Of a stretch of 64,000 bases of DNA, positions 1 to 11,048 are shown piece by piece. The first letter of the stretch is position 1. Each line of letters starts with the position of its first letter. The translations under genes were made by a program, and so were the position numbers. The stretch comes from Candidatus Poribacteria bacterium (GTDB lineage Bacteria > Poribacteria > WGA-4E > WGA-3G). The notes under the pieces were generated by a model. It was not told where the DNA came from. It did not search any database and saw only the letters and a program-made list of their open reading frames with translations. The stretch lies in the NCBI GenBank assembly GCA_965205025.1, contig CBDBFU010000023.1:1-64000 (forward strand), read 5' to 3'.

Positions 1-2224
1 ACACCAATAGGACATGCAGTAGATTATGGTTATAGCGATTCAGTGCTCTTTGCATTAAAATTAGAAAGTATACATCCCCAACGCAAAAGTCTTTTAGTAA
101 ACATCACACCCGTATTTATTTCAGATCTGCCTCCATTATCAGGTAGTATTGGGGGTGGTGCACGATTTGATAAAAGTAGAAGCACATGGGAATCAATTAA
201 GGTTTTTCCAAAAAATGTAGAATTAAGAGTCGCAGCTGTATACTCGGCTGGAGGAAGTCGGGAGACTATTCCAGATTCACGAGGAATACAGGTGGGTATA
301 CACTATAGTCTCGCCGCACTTCCATCAAACAACTATCAACCACGTTTCGCAGATGATCGTGTAGGTCATTTTATGACTACTGTAAAAGACTATTCTTTAC
401 AAACAAGTGAAGAACCATACATACGTTATGTAAATAGGTGGCATTTAGAAAAAGCTGATAAGAAAGCAAAACTATCTCCTCCAAAAGAACCCATCATCTT
501 TTATATTGAAAAAACTGTACCCCATAAGTTAAGACCTTATGTCAGACAAGGTATCTTAGAATGGAATAAAGCTTTTGAAACTGCTGGATTTGTTGATGCG
601 ATTGAAGCACGGATTCAACAAGATCATGAGACCTGGGATCTCAGAGGATGCAAGATATAATACTATAAGATGGATTGTTGGCGCATCCTTCGCTATTGGA
701 CCTTCTCGTGTTAATCCATTAACTGGACAAATACTTGATGCTGACATACTTGTCGGTGAAAGTTGGATTAGATATTGGCAAAGAGAATATTCTACATTCA
801 TTGAGGAATTAGAACATGAACGTGAACATCCTGTTGATCACACATCACGATTTAACTGTCAAATGGCTGATGGATTAGCCAGACAAATGGGATTCATGGC
901 AAGTGTATTGCAAGCACGTGGACTAATGGATGATGATGGTGAAATACCTGATGAATATATCGGACAAGCACTAAAAGCTTTAATAATGCACGAAGTTGGA
1001 CATACATTAGGACTACGGCATAACTTTAAGGCAAGTACTGTATATACACTTAAAGAGATTCAAGGACGAAAAGGTAAACCACTTGTCGGATCTGTAATGG
1101 AATATGATTCTGTCAATATCGCACCAGAAGGGAAAAAACAAGGGGATTACTATACTTCAACAATTGGACCATGGGATCATTGGGTAATTGAATATGCATA
1201 TAAACCAGTGGGGGGTGGATCTCCAGAGGGAGAATTAAAAGATCTACGTAAAATCGCTTCACGTGCCCCTGAATCAGAATTAAGATATGGCACAGATGGG
1301 GATGCTTCTATGTATCAATATCGGGATTTGGACCCATTAGTAAATCGATGGGATATGGGAGCAGATCCCCTAAATTTCGCAAAGCATCAAAGAGAAATCG
1401 TGTCTGAACTTTGGGATAAGATTTCTGATAAAGTCACAAAAGAAGGTATGGGTTATCAAAGAGTCCGAAGGGCATTCAGATCTCTGCTCAGTGAATATAG
1501 TTCTTCAATGTTTCTTGCAACTCGATTCATTGGGGGACAATACCATCATAGAGACCATCGTGGTGATGAAAATGCCCGTTTACCTTACGTGCCTGTTTCA
1601 GCGAAAAAACAGCGTGAAGCACTAAAATTCATTAAAGAATATGCACTTTCAGATGAAGCGTTTAATTTCTCTCCTGAATTATTGAATAGTTTGGCTATAA
1701 CTCGTTGGAGTGATTGGGGGTCAAGTAGCAATAATTCAACACGATTGGATTATCCAATCCATGATGTAATCCTCAGAAATCAATCTCAAATTATTGGACG
1801 CCTACTACATCCAAATATTCTCGCTCGTGTACAGGATACTGAGTTAAAGTTTAATGAGGATGATGTATTTACATTACCAGAATTATTTACTGGGATTACA
1901 GAAGCAGTATGGTTAGATCTTGATGCAAATCCTAATGCGAAACAGTGGACAAATGCAGAAGCTTATATCTCTGGATTCCGTCGCGGTTTACAACGTGAAC
2001 ATCTGAAGCAGCTCATTAAATTAGTGTTAGCGGCTGATAGTGGAACTCCTGAGGATGCAAGATCTCTTGCGAGACTCCATCTAACCCAGATCAATTCTCG
2101 TATACAGGATGTCCTTCAAAAGTCCAAGCCACAACTTGATGATTATACAGTCGCGCATTTGGAAGAATCACAAGTTAGAGTTGAGAAAGCATTAGATGCT
2201 AATTTTGAAGTACAGAAGAGATAA
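1..2224 (+). CDS. Zinc-dependent metalloprotease (Met-zincin, DUF5117/DUF4953-like); 5' end outside window; +1 frameshift near 641
   Basis: Frame 1 is open from base 1. ORFs 43..660 and 575..2224 join as 'HETWDPEDARYNTIRW' if one T in GATCTCAGAG is removed. Has HEVGHTLGLRHNF zinc motif and SVMEY Met-turn. Confidence 0.88.
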
Positions 2225-2259
2225 GTAGAGTTTAATACTTCAAAATAGATTGATATGTG

Positions 2260-2292
2260 AAATCGGCGGGGGGTGATACCTCCGCCGATTTT
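2260..2292 (+). terminator. Intrinsic terminator
   Basis: AAATCGGCGG...CCGCCGATTTT hairpin directly after the protease stop. Confidence 0.8.
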
Positions 2293-2321
2293 GTTGAAGT
2301 TCGAAAATATGTCTTGAGTAA

Positions 2322-2432
2322 TACCATTACTTATAGTTAATACCTTCTTAATGTAGCATAAACTTCCAGTTTGTGCTGATATTCACGACATGCATAATAG
2401 TTGTTCATGGATAAACATATATAGATATGGCA
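2322..2432. mobile_element. MITE family A (TACCATT...AATGGTA ends), diverged copy with GTAGCACAAAC/GTTTGTG hairpin
   Basis: TAA flanks both ends. Core GTAGCATAAACTTCCAGTTTGTG is shared with five other copies in the window. Confidence 0.7.
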
Positions 2433-2459
2433 TAAATAATAAAATATAGAAATAATTCA

Positions 2460-3374
2460 ATGGAAGTAATTCAATATACACCAGATCTGTTAGAATCAAT
2501 AACTGACTTTTATAATAGTCTTATACATAATGTACCGTATTGTTACCCTGTATCAATAGGAAATTTTGAATCCGTATTAAAAGGTATCACTGGTAACCCT
2601 AAAGATAGTGATAATGACGAATTAAAGGAAGAAACAGTCTATATTGTTATTAATAAAGGTATTGTTGAAGCATATATCCATATTGGAATCGAAAGCGATG
2701 AGGATGAAAAGGAATATGGGGGAATAATCAAGTTTTTTGGATACAAACGCGGATCAAGAAAAGCAGGACAAACCATACTCAAGAAAGCTGAAGATTTTCT
2801 GATAACAAACAATGTCACTCGTATTTATGCTTTCTCAAAGCAATATCAATATCCAATTTACCACTACAGATATGCACACTTGTCAAATACACTTGACCAT
2901 ATTGAAGCACTATTTGGAATGAATGGATTTACACGCTGTAGTGGTCAGGTCTTTTTGGATTGGAAAAATTACACTGTTAATCCTACACTATCAACTATTC
3001 CAATAGAGCTTAAGCTCGATTGGAAAGATGGTAGAGGTAGACTAAAGAATTGTAATCTAACAGCATACATAGATGGTGAAGAAATTGGTCAATGTTGGAC
3101 TAATTCATGTGGTGAATTTACTGATCATCAAGAGATACAAGATTGGGTATATATTGACTGGTTGGGTGTAGAAGATGAATTCCAAGGACAGGGATTGGGG
3201 AAATATCTACTTGAATATACTTTAAGAGAATTGAAAAAGGTTGGATATAAGCACACAACACTCAGTACAAGTTGGGATAATCATCTTGCATTTCTGTTAT
3301 ATACAAACTTAGGCTATCGTGTAATTGATTGGACTTACGGATATGAGAAAGTCTTCAAAGAAAAGTCATCCTAA
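2460..3374 (+). CDS. GNAT family N-acetyltransferase (tandem GNAT domains)
   Basis: C-terminal VEDEFQGQGLGKYLL acetyl-CoA motif and N..A..LY..LGY motif. Confidence 0.85.
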   Translation: MEVIQYTPDLLESITDFYNSLIHNVPYCYPVSIGNFESVLKGITGNPKDSDNDELKEETVYIVINKGIVEAYIHIGIESDEDEKEYGGIIKFFGYKRGSRKAGQTILKKAEDFLITNNVTRIYAFSKQYQYPIYHYRYAHLSNTLDHIEALFGMNGFTRCSGQVFLDWKNYTVNPTLSTIPIELKLDWKDGRGRLKNCNLTAYIDGEEIGQCWTNSCGEFTDHQEIQDWVYIDWLGVEDEFQGQGLGKYLLEYTLRELKKVGYKHTTLSTSWDNHLAFLLYTNLGYRVIDWTYGYEKVFKEKSS

Positions 3375-3452
3375 AACAGGTTATATGATGTGGTATATCA
3401 GTAATTCTGTAAACTTCAAAATACCACATCATATCAATTTTAATTTTCAGAC

Positions 3453-5437
3453 CTACCAAATGAAAGTTAACTTTGCAAAAGCTTGGTTTACAGTTTCTTT
3501 TTGTCTTGGTCTCCATAGACTAAATAGAAGACAAAATCCTCAAGGAATGAATATTTAAATACTGCATTGAGATTAGGTTTATGGTCACCCCCCGTTCGTA
3601 CTCGGAAAGTAATCCACTTTTCTTCACCAATTTCAATATTTAAGCTTGTACGAAGAGAGAATTCCTGATTAGTACTTCCATCAGGGAAAGTCTGCCATAG
3701 ATTCTCACCTTTCAACCCTATAGACAAGAATTGGAACGGAATTATATTTGTAGCTGTAGTAAGAAATGTAGCCTTCGCACCTTCAAATTCACCATATTGT
3801 CCAACTACAAAAACACGGGCAGGACTCTGTCGGTTATAAACCGCTTGTGCTGCCATAACCCAATTATTGTGCACATCATAAGACCAATTCCTATAAAACG
3901 TACCAGTTTGCCATTTTTCTCCCAAATCAAATTCAACAAGTTGAAAATGATCTCCCCGTATCCTTTCACCTGAATGATTCCAAGTGAGTGATTGTACGGA
4001 TTCAAACTTAATAGTCTGTATAATACCTTTCTCAATTGGCCAACGGTAGACTCCCCAGAAACTTGGCTGTCTTATATCTGTAAGTCGTACAAACCCGTTA
4101 ATAGGATTAAAACCTTCTGTAATGTCTCTATAGGCAAAACTGATGATCGGGTTACCTCTACGATTTATCTCAGTCAATATTGCACGACTGTCATCTTGGT
4201 CAGTTTCCCAATTGATTGCATAATTCCCGATGAAATTAAATGCCTGTGGTAATCTAATTCTGGTATCAACAGATAACGATCTGTTATTTGTGTCTTTTAG
4301 TTCTTTTGTAGCCCCAAACACACCAACAGATGATGAATTCCCTAAATCCCACATACCTCTTAGTAACGTATTATGACTCTTATCTTCTGTCTCTCTAACA
4401 TTCATAAGTCCATAAGTGGCATTACCTGATTTCCCAATTATCTTTCCACCATAATCTATTTCACCAATCCTTCTGCTATAGAATAACGAAATAGGGGCAC
4501 GGAAAATACGACCATCTTCTTGAAAGAATGGTCTTCTATCTGTTAATCTTTGTTCAAGATCAGATAATACTATACCTTGTACTTCAGATTCGATATGACT
4601 AAAATTAGGGAAGAGTGTACCAATGATTCGAGTACTTGAATTAGGTTTATAGGATACATCTGCTCCAATATGCGGTGACACACGGTCAAATAAAGCCTCT
4701 GATTCAATTGTAGCATCATATTTAGTTGATATATAACCGATCAATTCATACTTCTTTTCAGCAACCTTTTGAATAAAATTCAGATTAGCTAATGTTCCGA
4801 ATCTATTTGCATCCGAGACATTGACTCCTGTATCTGCCCAAGTACTTGTTCGGTCAAGACTTTGATGACGACGGACTAAGTTTAACCCCCAACTTTGCTC
4901 AGTTTTTTCAGGTAAGTCAAGAATCTTATATGGGATCTTCATTTCAACAGACCAAACTGACTTATCTATAAGTGCTGCAGCTGACCAAACACCATCCCAT
5001 CCTATGTCCCCCTGTTTGTCATCAAGTTGTGTACCCAAGGGATTTACAGCAAAACAATAAGTTCGTATTTTATCATGATAGGTATCAATGTAAATTGCAA
5101 CATGATCCTCAAACTTAAAACTCCCATCTTTCCGTGTTTGATTAGCTATCACTTGCGTATCTTCCTGAAAACAACGAAATCCAACATAAAGTGCATTATC
5201 ATCATATCCTATATATATTTGTGTCTGGTCTGGAACCGTTGTCTCTAATTCAGCAATTCGAAAATCTTCAATAGGTGTTATTTGCTTCCAAATATCATCA
5301 TCCAAATTACCATCTATCACAGGTGGGGTATCCAGTTTCTTTACTTCTATCGTTTGAGATAACACTATTGAAATTGGATTAAAGAACAAGACGCAGAAAA
5401 TCAATAGACCAATTCGAAGATAGGTTATTTTAGTCAT
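3453..5437 (-). CDS. Secreted CBM9-like domain plus DUF5916-like outer-membrane beta-barrel protein
   Basis: Signal peptide; PPVIDGNLDD..W, GYDDNALYV, WSVEMKIP and ERRPFF-like motifs. Adding one A to an A5 run extends the C-terminus to ...AKLTFIW (stop at 3453), an aromatic barrel end. Confidence 0.78.
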
Positions 5438-5654
5438 TTTTCTCCTTTAGTAATTATATCAATTAAAATAAAATGGCACTAAATCAATTATGGTTGAGTA
5501 ATATCTTGTATAATCGTGATTTCAACCAAATTGTTTAGTACCAGATTTCATTTTTATTTTATTGTATATGTTAAATTTATAGTGGTTTTTCGTATCAAAT
5601 TGAATATTCATTTATAGATAAGAAATCCTGTTTTAAAATCTATTTTAGATCTTA

Positions 5655-5776
5655 CAGGACTTACGCATTTCATCTTAAAGTCCCCCTGATAAGGGGGATT
5701 TAGGGGGTTAAAATACTGAAATGACAGCTTTTTAATTCAAATTTTACCTTTTTCTGCTTAAGTTGCGTAAGTCCTG
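5655..5776. mobile_element. Non-autonomous MITE with IS701-type ends
   Basis: 13-bp TIRs CAGGACTTACGCA/TGCGTAAGTCCTG identical to the IS at 26586; 5-bp TSD TCTTA (5650-5654 and 5777-5781); internal CCCCCTGATAAGGGGG hairpin. Confidence 0.9.
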
Positions 5777-5778
5777 TC

Positions 5779-6813
5779 TTATACATTTAATTCCTTTAAA
5801 ACTGTAGTTGCTTTTATTGCCATTTCAGATGTAGGATCGCGTCTGACTATCCTATTTAATTGATATACTGCCCGTTCATCTCCGTCCTTTGCTAAAACCA
5901 ACGCCTCCTCAAAACCCTTGTTAATATAGCTTAAATCTCTTGGAATTACAGTTAGGTCTACATCTCTCCAATAATACTTTAATTCATCAGAATCCCATTT
6001 TTCATAAACATCATCCCATTTTAGATTATTGAAAATATTCAGATGTGGCTCAAGCATATGCTCTGCTATCGGATCATCTACTGCTTGATACCGATTGTCA
6101 AGGGATACGCGAAGTCTATCCTCTGTTAAATTCGGTAGTGCTTTATGAATAGTTAATGCTGGGAAAATCAATGTATCACCAATTTCATAGTTGGTTGTAT
6201 GCCATTCACCTGCTAACTCATCTGTATCAACACAGAGTCCACCAGCCCCAAGTGAAAAGTGGTGTTCCATCACATAATTTACTCTATGTGATCCTGGTAA
6301 TACCGCTAAACCACCCAACTCAATTGGACAATCACCTACTGGTGCCCAACAGGTGTATGTCTGGAAATTACCTTGAAAATGTACAAAATCCTGATGTATC
6401 GGCGTTGTATGTTCAGTATATTTAGGATACCAAAGTCGTGCAATCTTCTGAGGATGTGGTAATACCTCTTTACCTATGATTTTTTCCACCATTTCAACGA
6501 CTTCCGACCAATGACCTGACCGATGGAATGCTTCTAATTTGTAGACCTCATGGTAAACATCAGTGTATTCAGGATCTCCCTCAGTACACTGTGTTGAAAT
6601 ATCAGCAATTCCATCCATTGGATCTGTGTCTGGAATTAGCCAACCACCCTTTTGCATGGTTGAAAGCATTTCCATTCGTAATTCCAGCAACTTGTTCGGA
6701 TCTTGCAACTTCTTGAAAAATAGATAACCTTCATTCGACATTCTTGAACGTAACTTATCGGGATTATCCATTATATCATTTGATATACAAAGTTCTCGTA
6801 GTTTATCTGACAT
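5779..6813 (-). CDS. Phytanoyl-CoA dioxygenase (PhyH) family Fe(II)/2OG dioxygenase
   Basis: HQD, W.P..D...GGL.V.PGSH, GD..IF....H and R.S.D.RY motifs. Confidence 0.9.
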   Translation of the reverse strand: MSDKLRELCISNDIMDNPDKLRSRMSNEGYLFFKKLQDPNKLLELRMEMLSTMQKGGWLIPDTDPMDGIADISTQCTEGDPEYTDVYHEVYKLEAFHRSGHWSEVVEMVEKIIGKEVLPHPQKIARLWYPKYTEHTTPIHQDFVHFQGNFQTYTCWAPVGDCPIELGGLAVLPGSHRVNYVMEHHFSLGAGGLCVDTDELAGEWHTTNYEIGDTLIFPALTIHKALPNLTEDRLRVSLDNRYQAVDDPIAEHMLEPHLNIFNNLKWDDVYEKWDSDELKYYWRDVDLTVIPRDLSYINKGFEEALVLAKDGDERAVYQLNRIVRRDPTSEMAIKATTVLKELNV

Positions 6814-6850
6814 CTAATTAACATCCTTTAAGGTTCTGACCAATTACAAT

Positions 6851-7484
6851 CTATGATTCGGATATCTTTCCCATAAATTCAGGAAAGATAAACTTTTTCA
6901 AAAATAAAGTTCTGGCATAAAAAGCTCTTGATTTACTGCCATGACCAGCACCTTTAGTCCTTGGTTGAATATATACTCCCATTTCGCTTTTCAGTGCTGA
7001 GATACCTGAAATTGAAATGCTACTCCTTACAAGTTCATAATCTGATTTAACTTGGTTATATATTTCAGTGTCTTCTAAATCAAATGTAGTAATGCGATGA
7101 AGTATAGATCTTTCTTCATCCTTACTTTCCCATATTCTTGCTGCTACTATCATTTTCCTTAATTTACTTAATAAATGACTTTCTTCAAAACTAGTTCTTT
7201 CGACATTATAGGCATCAATCATAGTAATTGACATAGTTTCCTTTACAGTTAAATTACCATTCTTTAGTCTTTTTAATGGAATTGTTTTAAGTTCCCATGA
7301 TCCAAAATTCGGAGCTTGGGGATGAATTGGTAGGTAAACCTAAATGTCTTTCAAGAACATGTCCTGCCCATCCTTTATTGATCTTATTTCCTTTTACTAC
7401 TGTGACCTGATATAAATCCGCTAATACACGTAGATCATGACCTACTATTGTATTTAATTTACTAATTGCTTCTTCTCTTTCCAT
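6851..7484 (-). CDS. MvaI/BcnI-family type II restriction endonuclease (frameshift near 7318-7321)
   Basis: NKGWAGHVLERHLGL..NS then, after removing one C, QAPNFGSWELKTIP...KETMSIT; C-terminal QPRTKGAGHGSKSRAFY; adjacent to a methyltransferase. Confidence 0.8.
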
Positions 7485-7492
7485 ATTTCATC

Positions 7493-8508
7493 CTATAGAT
7501 ACTCTTGAATTGAGGTAGCTTCAAACAGACTTAAGGAAGACTCATCTATTCTTGATTGAGCAATTTGATTATATGATTCATCTTTTCAATCATTATCCAC
7601 TTACGGTTATTCTGTTCAGCAACTACTGCTGTTGTACCAGTACCTGAAAAAGGATCTATTATGATGTCATCTTCGTTTGTACCTGCCAATATAATCCTAT
7701 TTAAGACTGATGTCGGTTTCTGTGAAGGATGTTTCCCGAATTGTTTTTCTGATTTTGGTGTAAGTGGTATTTCCCACATATTCCGCATCTGTTTTCCTTT
7801 ATTCATCCCTTTCATAGTCTCATAATTAAATGTCCAATTCTTTGCCTTGGAACTTTCATTATTTACAGCCCAAATGATAAATTCTGTAGATTCTGTAAAC
7901 ATCCGACAAGTAATGTTGGGTTGTGCATTTGGTTTATACCAAACCAGCTGAGAGATGATTCTTCTGTCAAATATATTCTGTAATATAAATCCAATTGTAA
8001 AGATACAATGAAATGAGCCAAAAATGAATAGATTCCCATTAGTCTTTAGAACCCTGAGCACTTCTCTGATCCAATTAACCGAAAACTGAAAATACTCATC
8101 TTTTGAAAATATATCCCATTGTTCTTGCATTGTAATATGTGAACTAAATGCCCAACCTAACCCCTTTTTTTTTGACATATTAAATGGAGGATCGGTAATA
8201 CAACAATCAAAGAAACTATCAGAGAATGTAGGTAGAATCTGAAGACAGTCCCCGGTAACAATCTGGTTTACAGAAGTATCTGTATCCTCAGTTGAGAAAA
8301 GGGTTGGTGAGTTACCATTCCCTTCATCAGAAGGCTCATTTAATAACCCTTGAATATTTTTTTGAATTTTCTGTGATGGGTTCATTGGGTGGATACCAGT
8401 AGAAAGATACTGAATCAAATCCGCCTTTTTTAATTTTGAATATCTTTTGAATCCGCGTATTCTTAATTCTTCTTTTATATCTCTGACACGCATCTTATGA
8501 TAGTCCAT
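7493..8508 (-). CDS. Beta-class N4C/N6A DNA methyltransferase with N-terminal Rho_N/SAP-like helical domain
   Basis: ITDPPF (motif IV) precedes HPSQKP and DPFSGTGTT (motif I). Adding one A near 7585 restores IEKDESY..IA..RI and a stop at 7493. Confidence 0.88.
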
Positions 8509-8635
8509 TGATTTAAAAAACTCCTGTCTTTATTGAATGGAATATAAGAAAATTACTAATGATTTTTATTTAGTTATATTCAATTTAATGATAAAGAATC
8601 AAATTGAATTTTATGATACAGTAATTAGAAACTAA

Positions 8636-9396
8636 CTAATAAGTTTGTTTTACCCAAGACCAAGTTATGGTGAGTTTATCATTTGGATCAACTGACAGAG
8701 GCTGCAAGTCCAGATCTTTTGTTACATCAACATAATTCGCTTTTCCAAATCCATCTTTACCATCGTTACCGTTCTTCGAATTATCTTTCGCATTACCTTC
8801 ATCAAAAGTGTAGTGGGTATTAAGTTTTGGTTCATCACCAGAAAGTACTTTCTTCATGAATTCATTGATCTCTTTTTCAGTTCTTGCAACTTCCCATATT
8901 CGAATCTCATCAATTAAACCTGTACAGAACCAGTTTTGACTATCCCCTACACCAATATAGAGTGGGGCATCGGTTGCTGCTAATTTCTTTGGTTTCAAAT
9001 GGAAGTGACCCCATTTTTTTTCCCATCTATATATGTACGCATCTCTTTACCATCCCAAACACCAGCAACATGCTGCCATACATTCTGTTTCAATCCTTGA
9101 ACATCAAGTATCTTCGTTCCTGGCCACAAGACAAACCTTAATCCGTTCCCATTCTGAATTATTTCAGGGAAAATGTAATCTCGTTTTCCACCCCAATCCT
9201 TAGCAAGACATTCCCCATCAGGTGTATTCATATTCAACCATGCTTCAATTGTTATTGCGGTCTTAGGATTTAAACTATCACTATTTGGAACTTCAATTGC
9301 TGTTTTACCATCTAATTCGAGTGCGAGGTTCTTCGCCCATATATTCATAGACATTAGACATAATACAATTATGCATAAATATACCAACTGTTTCAT
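8636..9396 (-). CDS. Secreted LamG-like jellyroll protein (split by homopolymer indels near 8995-9021)
   Basis: Signal peptide; ITIEAW, WQHVAGVWDG and GLIDEIRIW motifs; tail VDPNDKLTITW. Confidence 0.82.
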
Positions 9397-9490
9397 GATC
9401 TGTCTCCAGGATAGATATAATCAAGAATTCATCTTACATTATCCTTGACTTCTCAAAATTGGTAACCTTGATCTATTTTTACTAATAGAA

Positions 9491-10387
9491 TTATGATGCC
9501 AAATCATCAAGCATTTGACGAATATTGTTTTCACCACTATCAATAAATAAAGGAGCTAAAGGTCCTCTACCATGTAAAGTTTGAAGCAATGTATCAATCT
9601 GAATCATCCGTTGTTGAGAACTACGACATGCTAACCACTTTTTCACGAAATCACGTGCAGGTTTAGGATTACCAGTTCGAAGTGTCTGTGTACTCTTTCT
9701 CCATTCTTGCCACTTGAATTGAAACCCACAATTAGTACATGACAGTTTCTCATCTCTCTTTTTGAGACTTTTTCTATAAGCTTTCCATCTACGAATATAA
9801 TTACAATCTATGCATTCTATATTTCCATTCCTATGAAAGGCTGTGCCAACACATTTAGGACAGGACAATGCAGATGAACGATTCTGTGTTTTGACTTTTT
9901 TCTCTCTTGGCTGTACCATAGGTCTACGAACAAGATTTCGGCAATGTGGACAGGGAAGTCTAACTCTCGTTCTTACAGATTGACTATATGATTTCTTAGT
10001 CCAACTTTTACCACAATCACATTGATATTCGTCTGAGACTTGCAGTAGATTACCACAAGTAAAACAACGGGGTTTGTTTCTTAGTGCTTGTCGACAATCA
10101 CGCCATAACAGTCTCTTAGAACAGTGTGGACAATTAAACCAATTCTCTTTTGTCCCACCTTCACCTGAACTGGATAATATATCAATCTGTCGTGGAACTT
10201 TAGATTTACATTGTGGACATGGTACACGACCATTTCTGTAAACATCAGCAACTGTTACAATATCACAACATCGATCATATAACTGCCAACCTATATCGTA
10301 TAATAGTAGATCGTCATAGACACCAATTTTAGCATACCTGTATAAACGACGTATTCTAATCGGTTTAACTCTCGGTGTCCAATTCAT
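9491..10387 (-). CDS. Hypothetical basic protein with many CxxC zinc-ribbon motifs
   Basis: About 8 CxxC/CxC motifs; very Arg/Lys-rich; internal repeats. Confidence 0.75.
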   Translation of the reverse strand: MNWTPRVKPIRIRRLYRYAKIGVYDDLLLYDIGWQLYDRCCDIVTVADVYRNGRVPCPQCKSKVPRQIDILSSSGEGGTKENWFNCPHCSKRLLWRDCRQALRNKPRCFTCGNLLQVSDEYQCDCGKSWTKKSYSQSVRTRVRLPCPHCRNLVRRPMVQPREKKVKTQNRSSALSCPKCVGTAFHRNGNIECIDCNYIRRWKAYRKSLKKRDEKLSCTNCGFQFKWQEWRKSTQTLRTGNPKPARDFVKKWLACRSSQQRMIQIDTLLQTLHGRGPLAPLFIDSGENNIRQMLDDLAS

Positions 10388-10407
10388 ATCTCAATTTCTT
10401 TATGTAT

Positions 10408-10782
10408 CTACAAAATTGGTAATCTTCGTACTCTAACGTTCCTATCATCAATTGTAATAACACAACCCTTGAATAAATGGTTCTCAATCGTAGGTAAAAG
10501 TTGCAATAGGGTTTGTGCGATCTTCTCAGGATCAGGTATAGATATACGAAATGTAATCAAACTTGGTTTACTATATCCACCTAATGCTAATAACGAAGAA
10601 AAGTCTAAGTCCTGTGTGATAATCACTTGGTTATGTGTTTGTGCATACTCAAGGATTTGTTTATCTTCAGAATCCATAGGTAATATATCTGATACTCGAT
10701 GAATATCCAATCCCTGTTTTCTTAATAATGTAACAGTCTTTGGTGACAAATTCATATCAACCAAGAAACTTAGCTTAGACAT
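10408..10782 (-). CDS. DUF5615 PIN-like toxin (VapC45-like)
   Basis: FLVDMNLS, D..IL..A....ITQDLDF and RVRRLP motifs; follows a DUF433 gene. Confidence 0.88.
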   Translation of the reverse strand: MSKLSFLVDMNLSPKTVTLLRKQGLDIHRVSDILPMDSEDKQILEYAQTHNQVIITQDLDFSSLLALGGYSKPSLITFRISIPDPEKIAQTLLQLLPTIENHLFKGCVITIDDRNVRVRRLPIL

Positions 10783-10791
10783 TCAGAAATC

Positions 10792-11025
10792 CTATAGATT
10801 CTGTTCAAATTCAATAGTATAATCTGACACAACCCAAGCCGCATATTTCATTGCATCATAAATATCAGGAATTTCCAATTCGGGATACATCTCTATAATG
10901 TCCTCACCGGTTTTCCCATTAGCTAATAGTTTAAGTATTACACTTACCGTAATTCGTGTACCTCGAACCACAGGTTGTCCAAGACAAATATTAGGATTGA
11001 TATGAATCCGTTCTAATTTCTCCAT
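10792..11025 (-). CDS. DUF433 antitoxin
   Basis: RI.INP.IC.GQPVVRGTRI.V...YPEL...DI motif. Confidence 0.92.
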   Translation of the reverse strand: MEKLERIHINPNICLGQPVVRGTRITVSVILKLLANGKTGEDIIEMYPELEIPDIYDAMKYAAWVVSDYTIEFEQNL

Positions 11026-11048
11026 ATTTCCCCCATGAAACTAAAACA

